Shown one piece after another: positions 50,540 through 63,995 of a DNA stretch of 64,000 bases. The stretch is taken from assembly GCA_963693365.1 (NCBI GenBank), contig CAVNZM010000005.1, positions 4,781,167 to 4,845,166 on the forward strand. The letters are read 5' to 3'. A program made the position numbers and the translations under genes. The stretch's first letter is position 1. Each line of letters begins with the position of its first letter. The notes under the pieces were generated by a model. That model ran no database searches, was not told where the DNA came from, and saw only the letters and a list, made by a program, of their open reading frames with translations. Origin of the DNA: Amoebidium appalachense (lineage: Eukaryota > Protista > Ichthyosporea).

Positions 50540-52202
50540 ATACACACACACTACCACCACCACCACCCACCCATCTCTCTGATGTTTGCTTGTGCCCCCA
50601 CAGTCGCTGCTCGAACACGCCCAAAATGGCTGTCTGTCGGACCCCCCCGGCCTGCCCCTCTACTACGAGACCACTGCCGACGCAGATGGGCTCATGCGCT
50701 ACCGCTGCATCCGGGGCACCAACGAGGTGGAGGGGGCAGTGCACAACCCCCTGGCCACCCACTTTGGGGCCACACGCATGTCGCTGCGCCTGCTGGACGC
50801 CACCATGTCCAATAGGCGCCACCGCCACAACCTGCGTGCACACTACCGCAACCGCCTGGGCCAGGCATCGGGGCCCCCCCACTACAGCCCCTGGATTGTT
50901 GACGACATGGAGGCACTGGCGCTGATGCTGTACGGCCATCACCTCGACCCCCAGTGGGTACCCGTAGGCTGCTACAAGCTACCGGAGGAGTACTTCAACT
51001 TTGCCCCGCTCTCCTGTGTGGCCAATGCCCCGGCGCAGGAGCCAGTTGCGGTGCCCGCACCCCCACCTCCGTCTGATAACATCGAGCCTGCAGCCAATGG
51101 CGTGATGGGCGGGCCAGAGGACTGTGAGGTCGAGGAGGGTGACGGTGCTGCCATGGGGGGGGGCAACCAGGTGGCGCGTGGTGCACCACAGCCGGACCCT
51201 GCACTGAGGGGCGACTACAAGTTCCTGGCGCAGAAGCAACATGTGGCCATCCCCTTCCTTCCGGTGCTTACCCCTCAGGAGCGCAAGCTATTCAGCACGC
51301 TGCTCCTGGGCACCTACAAGGCACATGCAAAGCCCAACGGCCAGCTGTTCGAGGCTTTGGCCCAAGACTTCAACAAGGCTGCCTCTGTGGCTGGGGGAAT
51401 CTACATGAAGGATGCGGCCTACATCAAGAAGCATTTCGACAAGTGGAAGACCTGGCAGACGGCACATGCACAGCGCTCCACACACGAGGGCCTGGCAGAT
51501 CACCGCAAGCGTATGCGCGAGGAGAGGGCAGACGCTGTGCCAGCAACCATACGGCCTGCCCCCTTGCCACCCCTCCCTGTTCCAGACGGTGTCGATGCAG
51601 GGGCGCAGCGTGAGCGGCCCTTGCCCATGCTAGTGGGCAAAAAGCATCGCAACATTGGCCCTGAGGGGCCCCTGCAGATGGATTTGCCGGTGCCCCCTCC
51701 TATGCAGCCACCCCAGAGAGCCCCCAAGACCTGCAAGACGTGTGGCCGCCAGGGCAAGGGCTGCCTCGGCTCCAATCGGGCCAAGAGCTGCCCACGTTGG
51801 GTTGCAGCCAATCAGGATGCCATGCCACCAGCACCCGCGCTTGACATGCAGCAGGGCCATGTGCCGCACATGCCCCCTGCACCCCATCCAGGCCCGCACC
51901 ACCCACATGGCTGGCCCCCACCGTGGGGCATCATGCCGCCTCAGCCCGGCCCTGCCTTCCCCATGCCTGGGCTACTGCCGCAGCACGGTCCCCATCCTTA
52001 CTTGGGCCATGTGGGCCAGCCCTCGGCTGGTGGGCAGTTCCCACCCCCTTCTCGTGCATCTGCTGTGCTGGGCCTGGCGTTGCCACCTGCTGGAGAGACG
52101 CAGCTGCAATGGCACGATCGAAAGCAAAGTAATCGTGGCCGCAAGTCTGCAGGCAGCCAATCAGGATCTCAGAGTAGTCAGAGTAGCCAAACTAGTGTCT
52201 AA
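44307..52202 (+). mobile_element. Dada-type DDE transposase gene (about 1530 aa, 6 exons) with inserted DEDDy 3'-5' exonuclease
   Basis: Exons 44307-45458, 46426-46614, 47597-48427, 48884-49509, 49972-50178 and 50604-52202 splice in frame, given one A-homopolymer slip at about 44386-44395. Motifs: RRVIDFDSCYYIITARYFC..C; FPAYLSHRSGLD; LKADHTF (D); FYTDRCC (D); VGLDCEW / GTD / YAALDA (exonuclease I-III); DAFH (DxxH); CLSDP; YRCIRGTNEVEG (E). Family assignment is from recalled Dada architecture. Element ends were not found. Confidence 0.75.
47200..47510. repeat. G-rich minisatellite in transposase intron 2
   Basis: Several degenerate units GTGGGCACATGGGTTTGGGGG...GGGGAA(A)GGATTGT. Confidence 0.7.
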
Positions 52203-52288
52203 TATTGGAATGTACACCAATGTAACGGATCTCATATGTGTTGTAGTGCTTCAAGTTATACCTGTTCTTCGTACAGTCATGTTAGGGG

Positions 52289-52320
<32 letters not shown>

Positions 52321-52647
52321 GCTAGCTTTCATTCCGAAGTTTACTGTAAAGAATTAAAATTTAGAATCTGAGTAATAGTACAGAGCCTTTGCACTTTTCT
52401 CTGTTTGTTAGGAATTCTTTGTGATCGAGAGTATGGTGTGTTAGACTATTGGTGTTAATGTGTCCTGGAAGGTGTATAATGTCTGCTGGCCGTAGTCAGT
52501 ATCTATTTTTAGGTATATAGTATATTTTTAAATGTTGGCCGCTGGCCAATAAATAGCAAATAATAAACACACGATAAAGTCAACAGCGTGCCAAAAAACT
52601 AATCCCCAGCGAGCGCACCCAGTGATGTGTGTGTGTGTGTGTGTGTC

Positions 52648-52762
<115 letters not shown>

Positions 52763-52776
52763 CGCGTGCGTGCGTG

Positions 52777-52808
<32 letters not shown>

Positions 52809-54081
52809 TGTGTGCGTGTGTGCGTGTGTGCGTGTGTGCGTGTGTGTGTGTGAGTGTGTGTGTGTGTGTGTGTATGTGTGGTGTGGTGTGTGCGCGGCTT
52901 GTACATATGTACGTGTTCATGTGCACCTGTGTCGGACCTACGAAGTACATGAAAGTAAATTTTGACAGCATCGATCTGCCGGTGTGTATGTGTATGTGTG
53001 CCAGTGCAGCAGGTGTGCCTTGTAACTGATAGCTTCGCATTTTACGTGTGTGTATATATAGTAGTACGCATAGACACTTGCTGATCATTCGGATCGACAT
53101 TAATATTTAATCTGTCGGTCCTCGGTTTTTTGAGTGAATGATGATCAAGTGTAAGAGCATTCACTTGGCAAGTATTAATGTTGCAGAGGCTAGCTGCAGC
53201 TGCAAGCGTCGGATGCACACTGACAATTGTCTTTTCAGCGAGTCTAACCTGCAGGCAGCAGCTGCACACATATAGGGTTGTTATCTTGCGGCACATGCAC
53301 GGTGATCATTTCAGAGTAATAGAGTTCAGAGCAATGAAAATAATGAAAATAACTAAACTTTGTGACTACTTTAAAGTTGCTGAGATCATACGTGGTGCAA
53401 GCTGCACTATGAACACATGTATAGTGCTAGTAATTAATACATTTTTGTTGCCTTCTGCAGGGTTATCGTAGCTACGTCACGGCCTGCACTCAGGGGGGGG
53501 GGGAGGGGGGGAGGGGGAGGGGGGATGATTCGAAGGGGGTATAAATAAGAACATGCACCTAAAGGTCTTTCCCGTGGATCCTCCCCCTCCCCCCCCCCAC
53601 CTCTCCCTCCCCCGGGGCCCCATACTATGATATCTAGGCCCAATATTATATGCCCCTTCCCCCCCCCCCCCCCCCCCCCCTCCCTCTCCGGATCCCCGGA
53701 CCCCACTTCCCCTACCCGGAGGCTCAAGAGCTCCCCCCTTCCCCTTCCCCCCCTCCCCCCCCCCCCCCAAGGCTTACGGGGGCCCTTCTTCATCGAGGGG
53801 GAGGGGGTGGGGGTGGGGGGGGTGGGGGGTGGGGGTGGGGGGGAGGGGAAGTGGAAGGCGGGGGTGGATGCATGTCAGCCTAGGTGAATTCAATTGTTTA
53901 ACTCCAGTGTGCAGGACTGGTCTGAAGGCTTAAGAAAACAACGAGGAAATGGGGTCCAGTGGAGGTGGTGGTGGTGTTCTGTGTGTGTGTGTACACGTGC
54001 ACGTATGTGTGTGGTTTTTTTAAGGGGTGAGTGGTGGTGGTGGTGGTGGTGGTGGTCACCGTGGTGGTGGTGTGTGTGTCT

Positions 54082-54155
<74 letters not shown>

Positions 54156-55143
54156 TAGAAAGAAAAACTGCTCGTGGGTCACTGTTTTTCGTCACTGTAT
54201 TTGTAACGGGCCGCTCATATTTATATAACTACTTTAATTTAAGTACACGTGTTCATTATCATATACGATGGCCAAATATAGAAATTTTGGCGTCGAAGTT
54301 CTTGGAGCTAAAAAAACGTTTAAAAGGGGGAAATAATAGCTTGGCCCCAAATTTACCTTGCCGTTTTTAGCGAATGTATTTTTTATTCATGAGTTCTAGT
54401 GATTCAGTGAGTGCACGTGCCTGCCTCAGGCTGATCATGACAACTGCAACACACCATTCCTACATGGATATCAACCAAAAGAAAATAGTATATACTGTGG
54501 TGGTCTCCTAAACCTTGTGCGGCATGCGCATACATGATATTACAGTGACGCATGTGCATATTATTGTTCTGTACACCGGAGTGTGCCGGTGCACGTGGCT
54601 GTTTTGTGCACATGTTACAATAGCAGCACGATCTCCCTAAACTCCATGTTTACACATCCCTCACCCTGGCTCTGCCTTGTCGGTGCTCCAAAACACACAT
54701 ACAAATCCCCCTAGACTCAGTGCCTGCACATGGTCGCATTCACGTGCAGGTCACGTGACACATGCGATGCCATACTGCCGTCTACAGCAACAACCACGGC
54801 AGCATGTATACCGGCCCAGCACGAAATATACTTATCGGCAGCCCACTGAACTCGCCCATTTTCTCTTTTTCATGTATGTCCCTCCTTTTTTGTAAAATCA
54901 CCCTTTTTGGCCTCCCGGTAGTGGATTTTGCAGGATTTGACTTCTTTGAGGTCCAAAAACCTCAAATTTTCCCCGGCGGGGCCGGGGAGGGAGAATTCAA
55001 AAATTGCCCGCTCCTGATATGGTACCCGGGCCCTAATTGATTAGTCCTTGGAGCAATCGGGATAGATCTGTCCAATGATTGGTCTACAAAATCGCAGCGG
55101 AATCTCCCAATACTACCCTCTTTTTATGTTGTGAACAAAATTC

Positions 55144-56213
55144 TTTTTTCTTTTGACTGGATTTATTCGACGGAAAGATGTGCAAGTATGCACGGCTTAC
55201 TGAGAAGACAATAAAAAAACTTCACGAGTTATCCAGTAACAAGTGCATACTGAGATACCTGAACACTGTGTGAAATCATATAAATACTCAATGTGACGAC
55301 CAACAGAATTCAACAAAAAGTTTAAAGTGTTCACATTGCCAGCTAGTGTAGCAGACACCCGTAGGGAAAGAGGTAAAACGCGACATAAAAACTCACACCT
55401 ATCAACATGCTTGCGATTAAAAAGTTCAGCACAAAAGTGGCACCAGCGGCGATGAATACAAGAATTACAGCGCCACTGCACAACTTCCCAGGCAATATCA
55501 ACATCAGAGCACCATACAGACTTATCTACTAGGGTGGTATCCATACGTACAGCAGGAGAAATGTATCCTGCCAAAGCTCCCAAAAAGCGATAATGATCCG
55601 ACAGTGTTGCCCGGAACATAACACATGCCGACTGAGTTTTACCTTTGATTTCTCTATCAGAACGAGAAAGAAACTTATACTGCGTATGGTAATAACGCGA
55701 AAAGGCAGAAAAAACAGGAAGAGAAAAGAAAGAGGGAGTGAGATAGCGAGAGGAAGAATCAGGTTGAAAGAGGGTAGGCTGAGGACATTCAGAAGTAGCG
55801 TTGGTGAATCGGGGGGGAAGAGGGATGGAGTGAGGGGGGGGAAAGAAAGCATAAAGAGGGTGACCATCAGGTATCCTAACTAAATGAAAACAAAAACGAA
55901 GAGACAATTCCTCCATACGACAAACAGCAGACGACAATCCAAACATACTGATTAAGGGAGGCACAAACCGAGTACGAAACAAAGTGCGCAGCGCAGTACC
56001 CTGAAAATCGTCGAACTCTTTCAGCGCCATGGCCGCCTCGCGAGGTGGGGCGCAGGCCAATAGCGGAAGTCCATATTCGAAAGTCGGCCGTAAAAAAGTT
56101 TTATAGTAGAGAAGAAGGTTCGCAGGATGGATCACAGACTCCCGTTGAAACATATTTGACACGATGTGAAGCTTACCCTTCGCACGAGCGATCCGTGCCG
56201 TGAGGAGCTTGCG
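55144..56213 (-). mobile_element. 5'-truncated non-LTR retrotransposon (LINE) with 11-bp TSD
   Basis: ORF 55197-56219 has the RT-thumb motif YKTFLRPTFEYG and a C-terminal CHFC...H...C knuckle; A-rich 3' end; TSD GAACAAAATTC at 55133-55143 and 56214-56224. Confidence 0.85.
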
Positions 56214-56618
56214 GAACAAAATTCGAATTCAATTTGCAAAATCTGTGTATTTCCCGCGCTGCTGTCAGTTGGGAAAATGGTGAAGTGGAATCAATTTCTC
56301 AGAACTATTACCTCATGTTAATCGAAATTATACCCAACTAAACATAAGATCCTGATGATATCCCGACCCCACACCGTCCAAAAAAACAAAAAAATCGCGC
56401 AACATTGATGTCCTGCAAACCAAAGAAGTTTTGGGGGATTAAGGTTTGGTGCTCGAAACCAATCACCGTCGGCCAGTTCGGGCTGATGAGTATAAAAACT
56501 TCGCGCATGTCATGGCAGAAAACAGTCAGGTTGGTCGAAGTCCGTTGAAGCAGGCTCGAGAACATACATATAGCTATTCTTGGCGCAACTGCTTTTGTAA
56601 CATCCATACATCCACACC

Positions 56619-58178
56619 ATGTACAAGCTAGCTACCGCCGTTCTTGTGGCCTATGCCGGCCTCGAATCAGTGTCCGCCCTCTATCCGGTCAGGCAGCCGC
56701 AGTACTACCAGCAACAGCAGGTCGATTATGTCTACCAGCCTGCAAACTACCACAGTGGTGGGTATAACAAGCCGGTGTATCCGGATCCAACCACCTGTGC
56801 CACGGTCACAAAGACATCCACCATGTATGTCCCAACCACAGTCACTGCTACGGCCACCACCACCGCCACCAACATTGTGCCCACGACAATCACCGCAACA
56901 GCGACCATTACGCAGGCCGTCCCGACCACAATTACCGTGCCTACCACCCTCACGGCCACAGCAACAACCACACGCACCATCCTTCCCGAGCCCCTCACAA
57001 CCACATACACCACCACGTACACCAGGTCCACCACCCTCACTGCAACGGCTACCGTAACAGCCACGCAGACGCAATACGTGCCCACCACCATCACAGCCAC
57101 GGCCACAACCACGCGCACGGTCGTGCCCCAGCCTATCACCACTACTGCCACCCAACTCGTACCCACTACCGTCACAGCAATCACCACCGCCACCGCCACC
57201 CTCACAACAACACTCACTGCCACCCAAACCCAGTACTTTCCCACTACACTCACACAGACACAGACCGCGACAGTGTCTGTCTCCACCACGGCCACCCAGT
57301 TTGTGCCCACGACCACGACCAGGACACTCACTGCAACAGCCACCCAAATACTCACGACCACCGCCACTGCTCTGGTGCCCACCACCATTACCCGCACACA
57401 GACACAGACGTCCACCGCCACACAGGTGCTGACAGCCACCACCACGGCCATCCAAATCCTCTCCACCACGGCCACCACCACCACCGTTGCCTCCACCACC
57501 CTCACCCTCGTCAAGACCCAAACTGCCACCACCACCCAGGTCCTCACGGCCACCATCACCCGCACGGTCGCGCTTGAGCCCATTACCACCACACAGACAC
57601 AGGTGGTGCCCACAACCCTCACCAGCACGAGCACGAACGTGGTGCTTGTGACGGAGACCACCACGGCCATTGTGCCTACCACCGTCACCACCCGCACCAC
57701 CCAGTTCAACACCGTCACACAGACCGCCACCACCACGGCCACGCTGGTGCAGACGGCCACCACCACCAACCTTGTGCCCACCACCACCACGGCCACGGCC
57801 ACCACCACACAGTCGCAGACCGTCACGTCCACGGCCACACAGCTTGTGCCCACCACCACCACAGCCGTGGTCACGACCACGTGCACCAAGACCCGCACCA
57901 TGTTCATGACCCACACGCTGACGCAGACGGCCACGGCCACCACCACGGCGTTTGTGCCGACCACCACCACGGCCACGGCCACGGCCACCACCACGGCCAT
58001 GCAGGTCGTGCCCACCACCACCACGGCCACATTCACGCTGGTGGCCACCACCACAACCACCGCCTTTGTGCCCACCACCACCACCCAAACTATCACGGCC
58101 ACCGTCTCCACCTGCCCACCAAAGCCAACGCCCGAGCCATGCACAGGCTATGAGTGCGAGCTGGGAATCCAGAACTAA
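56619..58178 (+). CDS. Secreted Thr-rich repeat protein, 519 aa, copy 2 (inverted duplicate of 41749-43308)
   Basis: Translation is identical to copy 1 except GYECE vs GYGCE near the C-terminus. It has its own CCAAT (about 56459) and TATAAAA (about 56491) upstream. Confidence 0.85.
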   Translation: MYKLATAVLVAYAGLESVSALYPVRQPQYYQQQQVDYVYQPANYHSGGYNKPVYPDPTTCATVTKTSTMYVPTTVTATATTTATNIVPTTITATATITQAVPTTITVPTTLTATATTTRTILPEPLTTTYTTTYTRSTTLTATATVTATQTQYVPTTITATATTTRTVVPQPITTTATQLVPTTVTAITTATATLTTTLTATQTQYFPTTLTQTQTATVSVSTTATQFVPTTTTRTLTATATQILTTTATALVPTTITRTQTQTSTATQVLTATTTAIQILSTTATTTTVASTTLTLVKTQTATTTQVLTATITRTVALEPITTTQTQVVPTTLTSTSTNVVLVTETTTAIVPTTVTTRTTQFNTVTQTATTTATLVQTATTTNLVPTTTTATATTTQSQTVTSTATQLVPTTTTAVVTTTCTKTRTMFMTHTLTQTATATTTAFVPTTTTATATATTTAMQVVPTTTTATFTLVATTTTTAFVPTTTTQTITATVSTCPPKPTPEPCTGYECELGIQN

Positions 58179-58347
58179 AGGGTTTTTGGGGTTTGTACTC
58201 TTGTGTAATGGGGCCGGGTGTCTAGACATTGGTAAACACATAACTCTTACAGTGCCGCTGGTCAGCTGGTTATAAATATCGAATGCATGTAAATAATACA
58301 AGGCCATTCAAGTTATAGTATCATATTTAGTCTGACTAGGACTATGC

Positions 58348-58409
58348 ATTTATTACGATATGGAATATGCAGGAAATTATTTATTACGATATGGAATATG
58401 CAGGAAATT
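58348..58409. repeat. 31-bp tandem duplication downstream of copy 2
   Basis: ATTTATTACGATATGGAATATGCAGGAAATT x2. Confidence 0.85.
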
Positions 58410-58814
58410 ATTGTGAAGTTGCACATGATGCATGGGACCTGTACACGTGTAGAATTGGAATAAATATGCTCTGCAACAAGGAAAGACTGCGAATGACCCC
58501 CCCCCCCCCCCCTGGGTGCTGCATAATCGTAGAGCCCCCCCGACTAGTTCCCTCTCCTTCAGCTAAAAGCTGTAGTAGGTCTCACACTAGGCTGGAAGCC
58601 GCGTCCTTGTTGTATCATCGTGACCGTTGTATCACCGTGATTCAAAACCATTGTTACCTCCAAAAGAACAAATATCAAAGTCACAAACACAGCACACCGA
58701 TGCAGACCCACATGGGCTGTTACACACTAGAATAGATCCATTTAACTCGCACCTTCCTACCTCCTCTATAGTAGGTCCTGTTCACATGCATATCATGATC
58801 ATATGTGGTGCTGT

Positions 58815-58911
<97 letters not shown>

Positions 58912-58916
58912 AACAC

Positions 58917-59003
<87 letters not shown>

Positions 59004-59037
59004 TGCACGCACACACACACGCACACACGTGCACAAG

Positions 59038-59072
<35 letters not shown>

Positions 59073-59098
59073 AACGTACGCACGCACACATACACACA

Positions 59099-59138
<40 letters not shown>

Positions 59139-59562
59139 AGCACACACACAAGCACGCACACACACGCGGAAGCATGCGCACACGCACGGACACACGTCCG
59201 CACGCAACTACACACACACGTGTACACAAAATGTAGTCCCGGGCACCGGGCCCCCTCACATTTTCCGCCTGGGGATTTCCATATAATTCAAGGCTATGTA
59301 CACGATAATCCAGAAACTTAAAATCCCGGATCCATCTTCTACTGAAAGTCACAGGAATAAATCTGGAATCAAGAAAACTACGGTAACCTAATTTAGGCAG
59401 GCTTCAAAGTTTTCCTTGATTGGCCGGCCATCCTTGAGGCCCTCCTCCTCTCCCCTCCCCCTTCCCTTCCCCCTCCCCCCTCCCCCCCCCCCCCCCCCCC
59501 CCACGCCCCCACCATCACCACCACCACCACATCAACAACCCCCCCCCCCCACCCCCTCCCAA

Positions 59563-59593
<31 letters not shown>

Positions 59594-61462
59594 ACAAACT
59601 GTCAAGGCCTCACTCCCTCCCCACTCTACCGATCCCACATACACACCGTGATACACACACGCGGCCATTGGCCACCATCCAGGCCCTGGAGTACAGCCCA
59701 AGTTCTATGGCCTCTTTGCCTACCTTCCTCGGCTGACCCTTGACACTGTTGCCACTGGCCTGCATATTGCATTGTGTGGCAATTTAACTGTTATGAGGAT
59801 CCCTATGGAGATGACCAAATGTTTTTGGAGGGGCTGAGGGGGAGCGAGTGAGGGGGAAGGGAAGGGGGGGCCGGGGGGGGGGGGGGGGGGGTCTAGTGGG
59901 GGGGCGGGGGGGAGGGGGGAGGATGCATTTCTGCCTGGGAATACATGCAGAGCTTGGCTACTAGTAGAGTGGAAGGCGGCAGGTGAAAAGGGGAAAAAAA
60001 TAAATATAAATAATGCAACCTTGTGTATGGCTGCATTGATGTAGGTGTGAAAATCGATGTTCGGAAGAAAAATGTACTAATATTTCATATTACTTAATGT
60101 TAACCATTTTAAGCAGTGAAATGCCTTGAAAATGTCGGGCTATGGTAGCTAACTGAATAGACTACAGTAGTAGCCTATTGTAACTACCACTAATATTAGC
60201 ACTTCTGCCAGTAACGATATTATCTAAGATGTTTTTAGTTCCCCCCCCCCCCCCCCCCCCCTCCCCCCCCTCCCCCCCCCCCCCTCCCCTCCCCCCCCTT
60301 CCCCCCCAACTCCCCCGGATCCCCTCCCCCCTCGGAGTCCGGAATTGTTTTTATAAGGTCGGTCCGGTCTCCCCCCCCCCCCCCCCCCCCCCCCCCCCAA
60401 CCCCTCCCCCCACCCCCCGCTCCCCCCGCTCCCCCAACCGCCCGCTCCCCCTCCCCCCCGCTCCCCCTTCTCGCCCCTTCCTCCCCACTCCCCTCCCCCC
60501 TCCCCCCCCCCCCCAAACACACACACACCACCACCCAACACCTAGGTCATAATATGTACTTCGGATCCTCCCCCCCCCCCCCCCCCCCCCCCCTTCCATC
60601 TCTCTCACTCTCCCACTCTCCACTCTCTCCCTAAACTCCTCCCTCCCTGAACTTTGTCCGTTACATCCGTCTGTCAGAGACGAGGATTTTTCCTACCTGG
60701 AATCTCACAGTGACTCGTGCACCTGCAGCTGGTGTCGACAGCTTCACAGTGTAGGCTGTGCTCCCGGGGGCCTGGGGCAAACAAAGTTGACTTCTACAGT
60801 TTGGCAAAGCGACAAAGTAAACAGAAATCCGAACACGGATTGGCGGACACTCTACCTATACATGGCTTATCTATCAAAATCACTAGCCATAAATGGTAAA
60901 TCACGTTTCTCCCACGGGCTTAACCAATCATCGACGACATTTTCTTTCCAGCTGCAATCGACGATCATCCTGTTATCAGGCTCCATGGAGTACACTCACT
61001 CTCCAACCGCACTTTTTCCGGTGACGTCGGAGTGTGACTCTGTTTTGAACTCTGTGCGAGCTACAAAGAGTATTGGCGACATGCATCTTTAATGACCACA
61101 TGAGTTTTGTCACGGTATAAGGCTTCCGCTTACATGTTTTGACGTGTGTTTCTGGAGTCATTTTGGCACGGTGAAGGACTTGGGGTTTGATGAGCTGGTT
61201 TGATGGCGTGAAAGAGAGAGATAGAGGACGGTTTTTGGTGCCCAGAAGATCTTATGTAAACAGCAAATTTGGTGTGACTATCAGAACTAGTTCTGAAAAC
61301 GTCATAAAATACAGAGAGGGTAGGAACCACTAGGAGAGCGGAAACGAAGAGGCTAATTCATCGAATAACGAACTCGCAACATCCGTGTTTGTCTCATCAT
61401 AAACATCAGCACACTGTCTTTTGTGGTGCTCGAAGCCTGTGTGCCAGGCAAAACCCACAAAC

Positions 61463-62355
61463 ATGGCATCCTCATCCACCCAAGTGACGGAGGCACAGCC
61501 CACCATCTACAACAACGAAAGCTTCAACGGGGCCATAGACACGGTGTGTATGAAATGCGAGCGATCTACATAATACTCATTGTTTTTACATGTTTTAGTG
61601 CAGATTCTAGCAGTTGAAGCTTGGACGAGAGTGGATCCAATTTATGAAGGTCTAGCAGCAGAGAAAGAAAGATTGGATTACTGCAGTGTGATTATTTAAT
61701 AATAAGTTTGGTGCATACCTTCTTCTCCACCTGATATCACAGTGCTTTTCACTTGTCTACCTCTCTTCTTGCTGCACATTCATCTTCAGCATAGGTCAAG
61801 GAATCTCGAGGAAACGTGCCTTCGCTTCCTTTTCTTCTTTGCCCTGCCCCTCCCCCCCCCCCCCCCCCCCCTTCCCTCTCCCCCCCAGTCTCCCCCCCTC
61901 CGTCCGCCCTCCCCCTCCCCCCAACCCACACACACACCTCTCCCCCCACACCCTATAACACACACTACGTGCTGCACACACTCCTCCCCCACCCAAATCC
62001 CTCTTTGTCAAGTAACGCTTGTTCTTTCGAGAAAGAAAACAAATGTCCAAAGCTACACGTGTGCATCTCAGGCACTTTTTCCAAATACCGAATATCCCCA
62101 CCACATACACACAAGAACACCTACGAAGAATCCTTATGCACGATAGGCTCACTCCAGAGCACTGGGCGTTAAGACACTTCGATGATATTGGAGATAAGTA
62201 AAAATACAGTCACATTCAACTAGGGCTATCCTGTTTCCTTCACATCACACCATCCCCCCCCCCTCCCCCCTCCCCCCTTTCCCTCTTTCTTCCCCCCCCC
62301 CCCCCCCCCTCCCCGCGCTTCCGGCCCACACAAGCAGACTCACACAAGCGCGCGC

Positions 62356-62424
<69 letters not shown>

Positions 62425-62996
62425 ACACAGAGACACGGACACACACATGCACACACACTCCCGCACACACACTTCTCCAAGCACACTGCGTGTCACATGT
62501 TGATTGACATGCAACCCCACCCACTAATACCGGTATTCTTTTGCCTCCATCCCGCCCCTCCCCCTCCGCCCAACCGCCCATCCCCTCCCCCCTTACCCAC
62601 CATCCCTTTTTGCGTGACCCCTTCTCCTTTGTTCTTCTTGTGAGTCCTGACCAACCCCCCCCCCCACCCCCCCCCCCCTCCCCCCCACCCCCCCCCCCCT
62701 TCCCCCCTTCACCCCCACTCCATTTCTTCCCTATTTTCCAGGCACAAGACATTCTTGACGGCTTTGAAAGCGACAATGTAGTTCGGAACTTGGCAGCCGG
62801 GCAGGCTGTAGCACAGCTTATCCGCGCAGTTGCAAGTCAACAAAACGCGGAAAAAGTACTCCAGCTAGCGCAGTTTTCCCTTCCCTTGGTGGCAAACACA
62901 CTCGAGGCTCCAGAGGCTATGCAAAGAACTGCGGATTCATTGCGATTGCTGGCGACTGTGCTGGAGAGTAGCTCTTTCCAGAGAAACGCTGCCGCG
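61463..62996 (+). CDS. 5' exons of an uncharacterised, probably alpha-helical (ARM/HEAT-like) protein; continues beyond the window
   Basis: Exon 61463-61543 (MASSSTQVTEAQPTIYNNESFNGAIDT|gtgtgt); exon from 61604 (ILAVEAWTRVDPIYEG...); clear exon 62742-62996 (ccag|AQDILDGFESDNVVRNLAAGQAVAQLIR...NAAA|gtaagt). Intermediate exons are uncertain. Confidence 0.45.
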
Positions 62997-63051
62997 GTAA
63001 GTCCCAGCCGTTTTTTTTCCCCCCATGTCTTTATTCTCCTTCCCATCTTCC

Positions 63052-63082
<31 letters not shown>

Positions 63083-63962
63083 AAAAAAAAAAAAAAAAAA
63101 GAAAAAAAAAATCCGGAGGAGCCTTACCTTACTCAGCCCATTCACACACAAAGACTTTCTTTGCCTTTTTCTCTTCTTTTCTTTTCTTTTCTTTCTTTCT
63201 TTCTTTTTTTTTTTTTGTCTCTTTTTAATATCTTTCTTTCTTGGGAGAGGAGGGGTAGGAGGTGGTGATGGTGGAGGAGGATGAGGAGGAGGTGGTGGTA
63301 GTGTGTGTGTGTGTGTTGGGAAGGGAGGAGGGGGGGGGGGGGGGGGGAGGGGAGGGAGGGGCCGGGGGGGATATGTCTTTGACCACGGGAGAGGAGAACA
63401 TGTGTGTGTTTGTGTGTTCTTAAACTCACTTTTAAGCGGGGAACGAGGGGAAGGGGGGGAGGTTGGGAGGAAAGGGGGGAGAGAGGGAGACACGTGCAAA
63501 ATAACATGTTAGTCTCGTAACTATTCAGCAAATGGGACGGGAGCAAACTAGAAACAAGCACGGCCACCTTTAGCCCCTGCAAAGGAGGCAACGGCCGGGG
63601 AGGGAGGGGAGAGAGAGGGGGGGGGGGGGGGGGGGGGGGGGGGTTGGAGCATGGGGTAGGGGCTAGAATGCGACCACGGGTGACTAGAAGGACCTCTTTT
63701 TTCCTGAGTGGTGGGTAACATGTGGGATACCAGGGGCTCAGGTTTGCATCCAAGGCCATAGAGGATGAAAAACTGGGGGGTGCCATAGCATCAGGCATGG
63801 AGGTGGCATCCCGGATCATGGAGGTATTAGACCCCCCCACACACTGAAAGGTTAATTTACATTGTTCTTTTGTTGCCTGCTAGGCTTCGTGTTTTTATTG
63901 GCATAGTGGGTTTTCCCCCCTCTTAGGCCTTTTCCCCCCTCCCCTAACCCCCCCCCCCCCCC

Positions 63963-63995
<33 letters not shown>

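Noticed and set aside
59690-61085. Possible minus-strand spliced gene divergent from 61463 (MSPILFVARTEFKTESH...|gtgagt)
   Set aside because: The exon chain needs weak splice sites and gives no recognisable domain; not supportable without transcripts.
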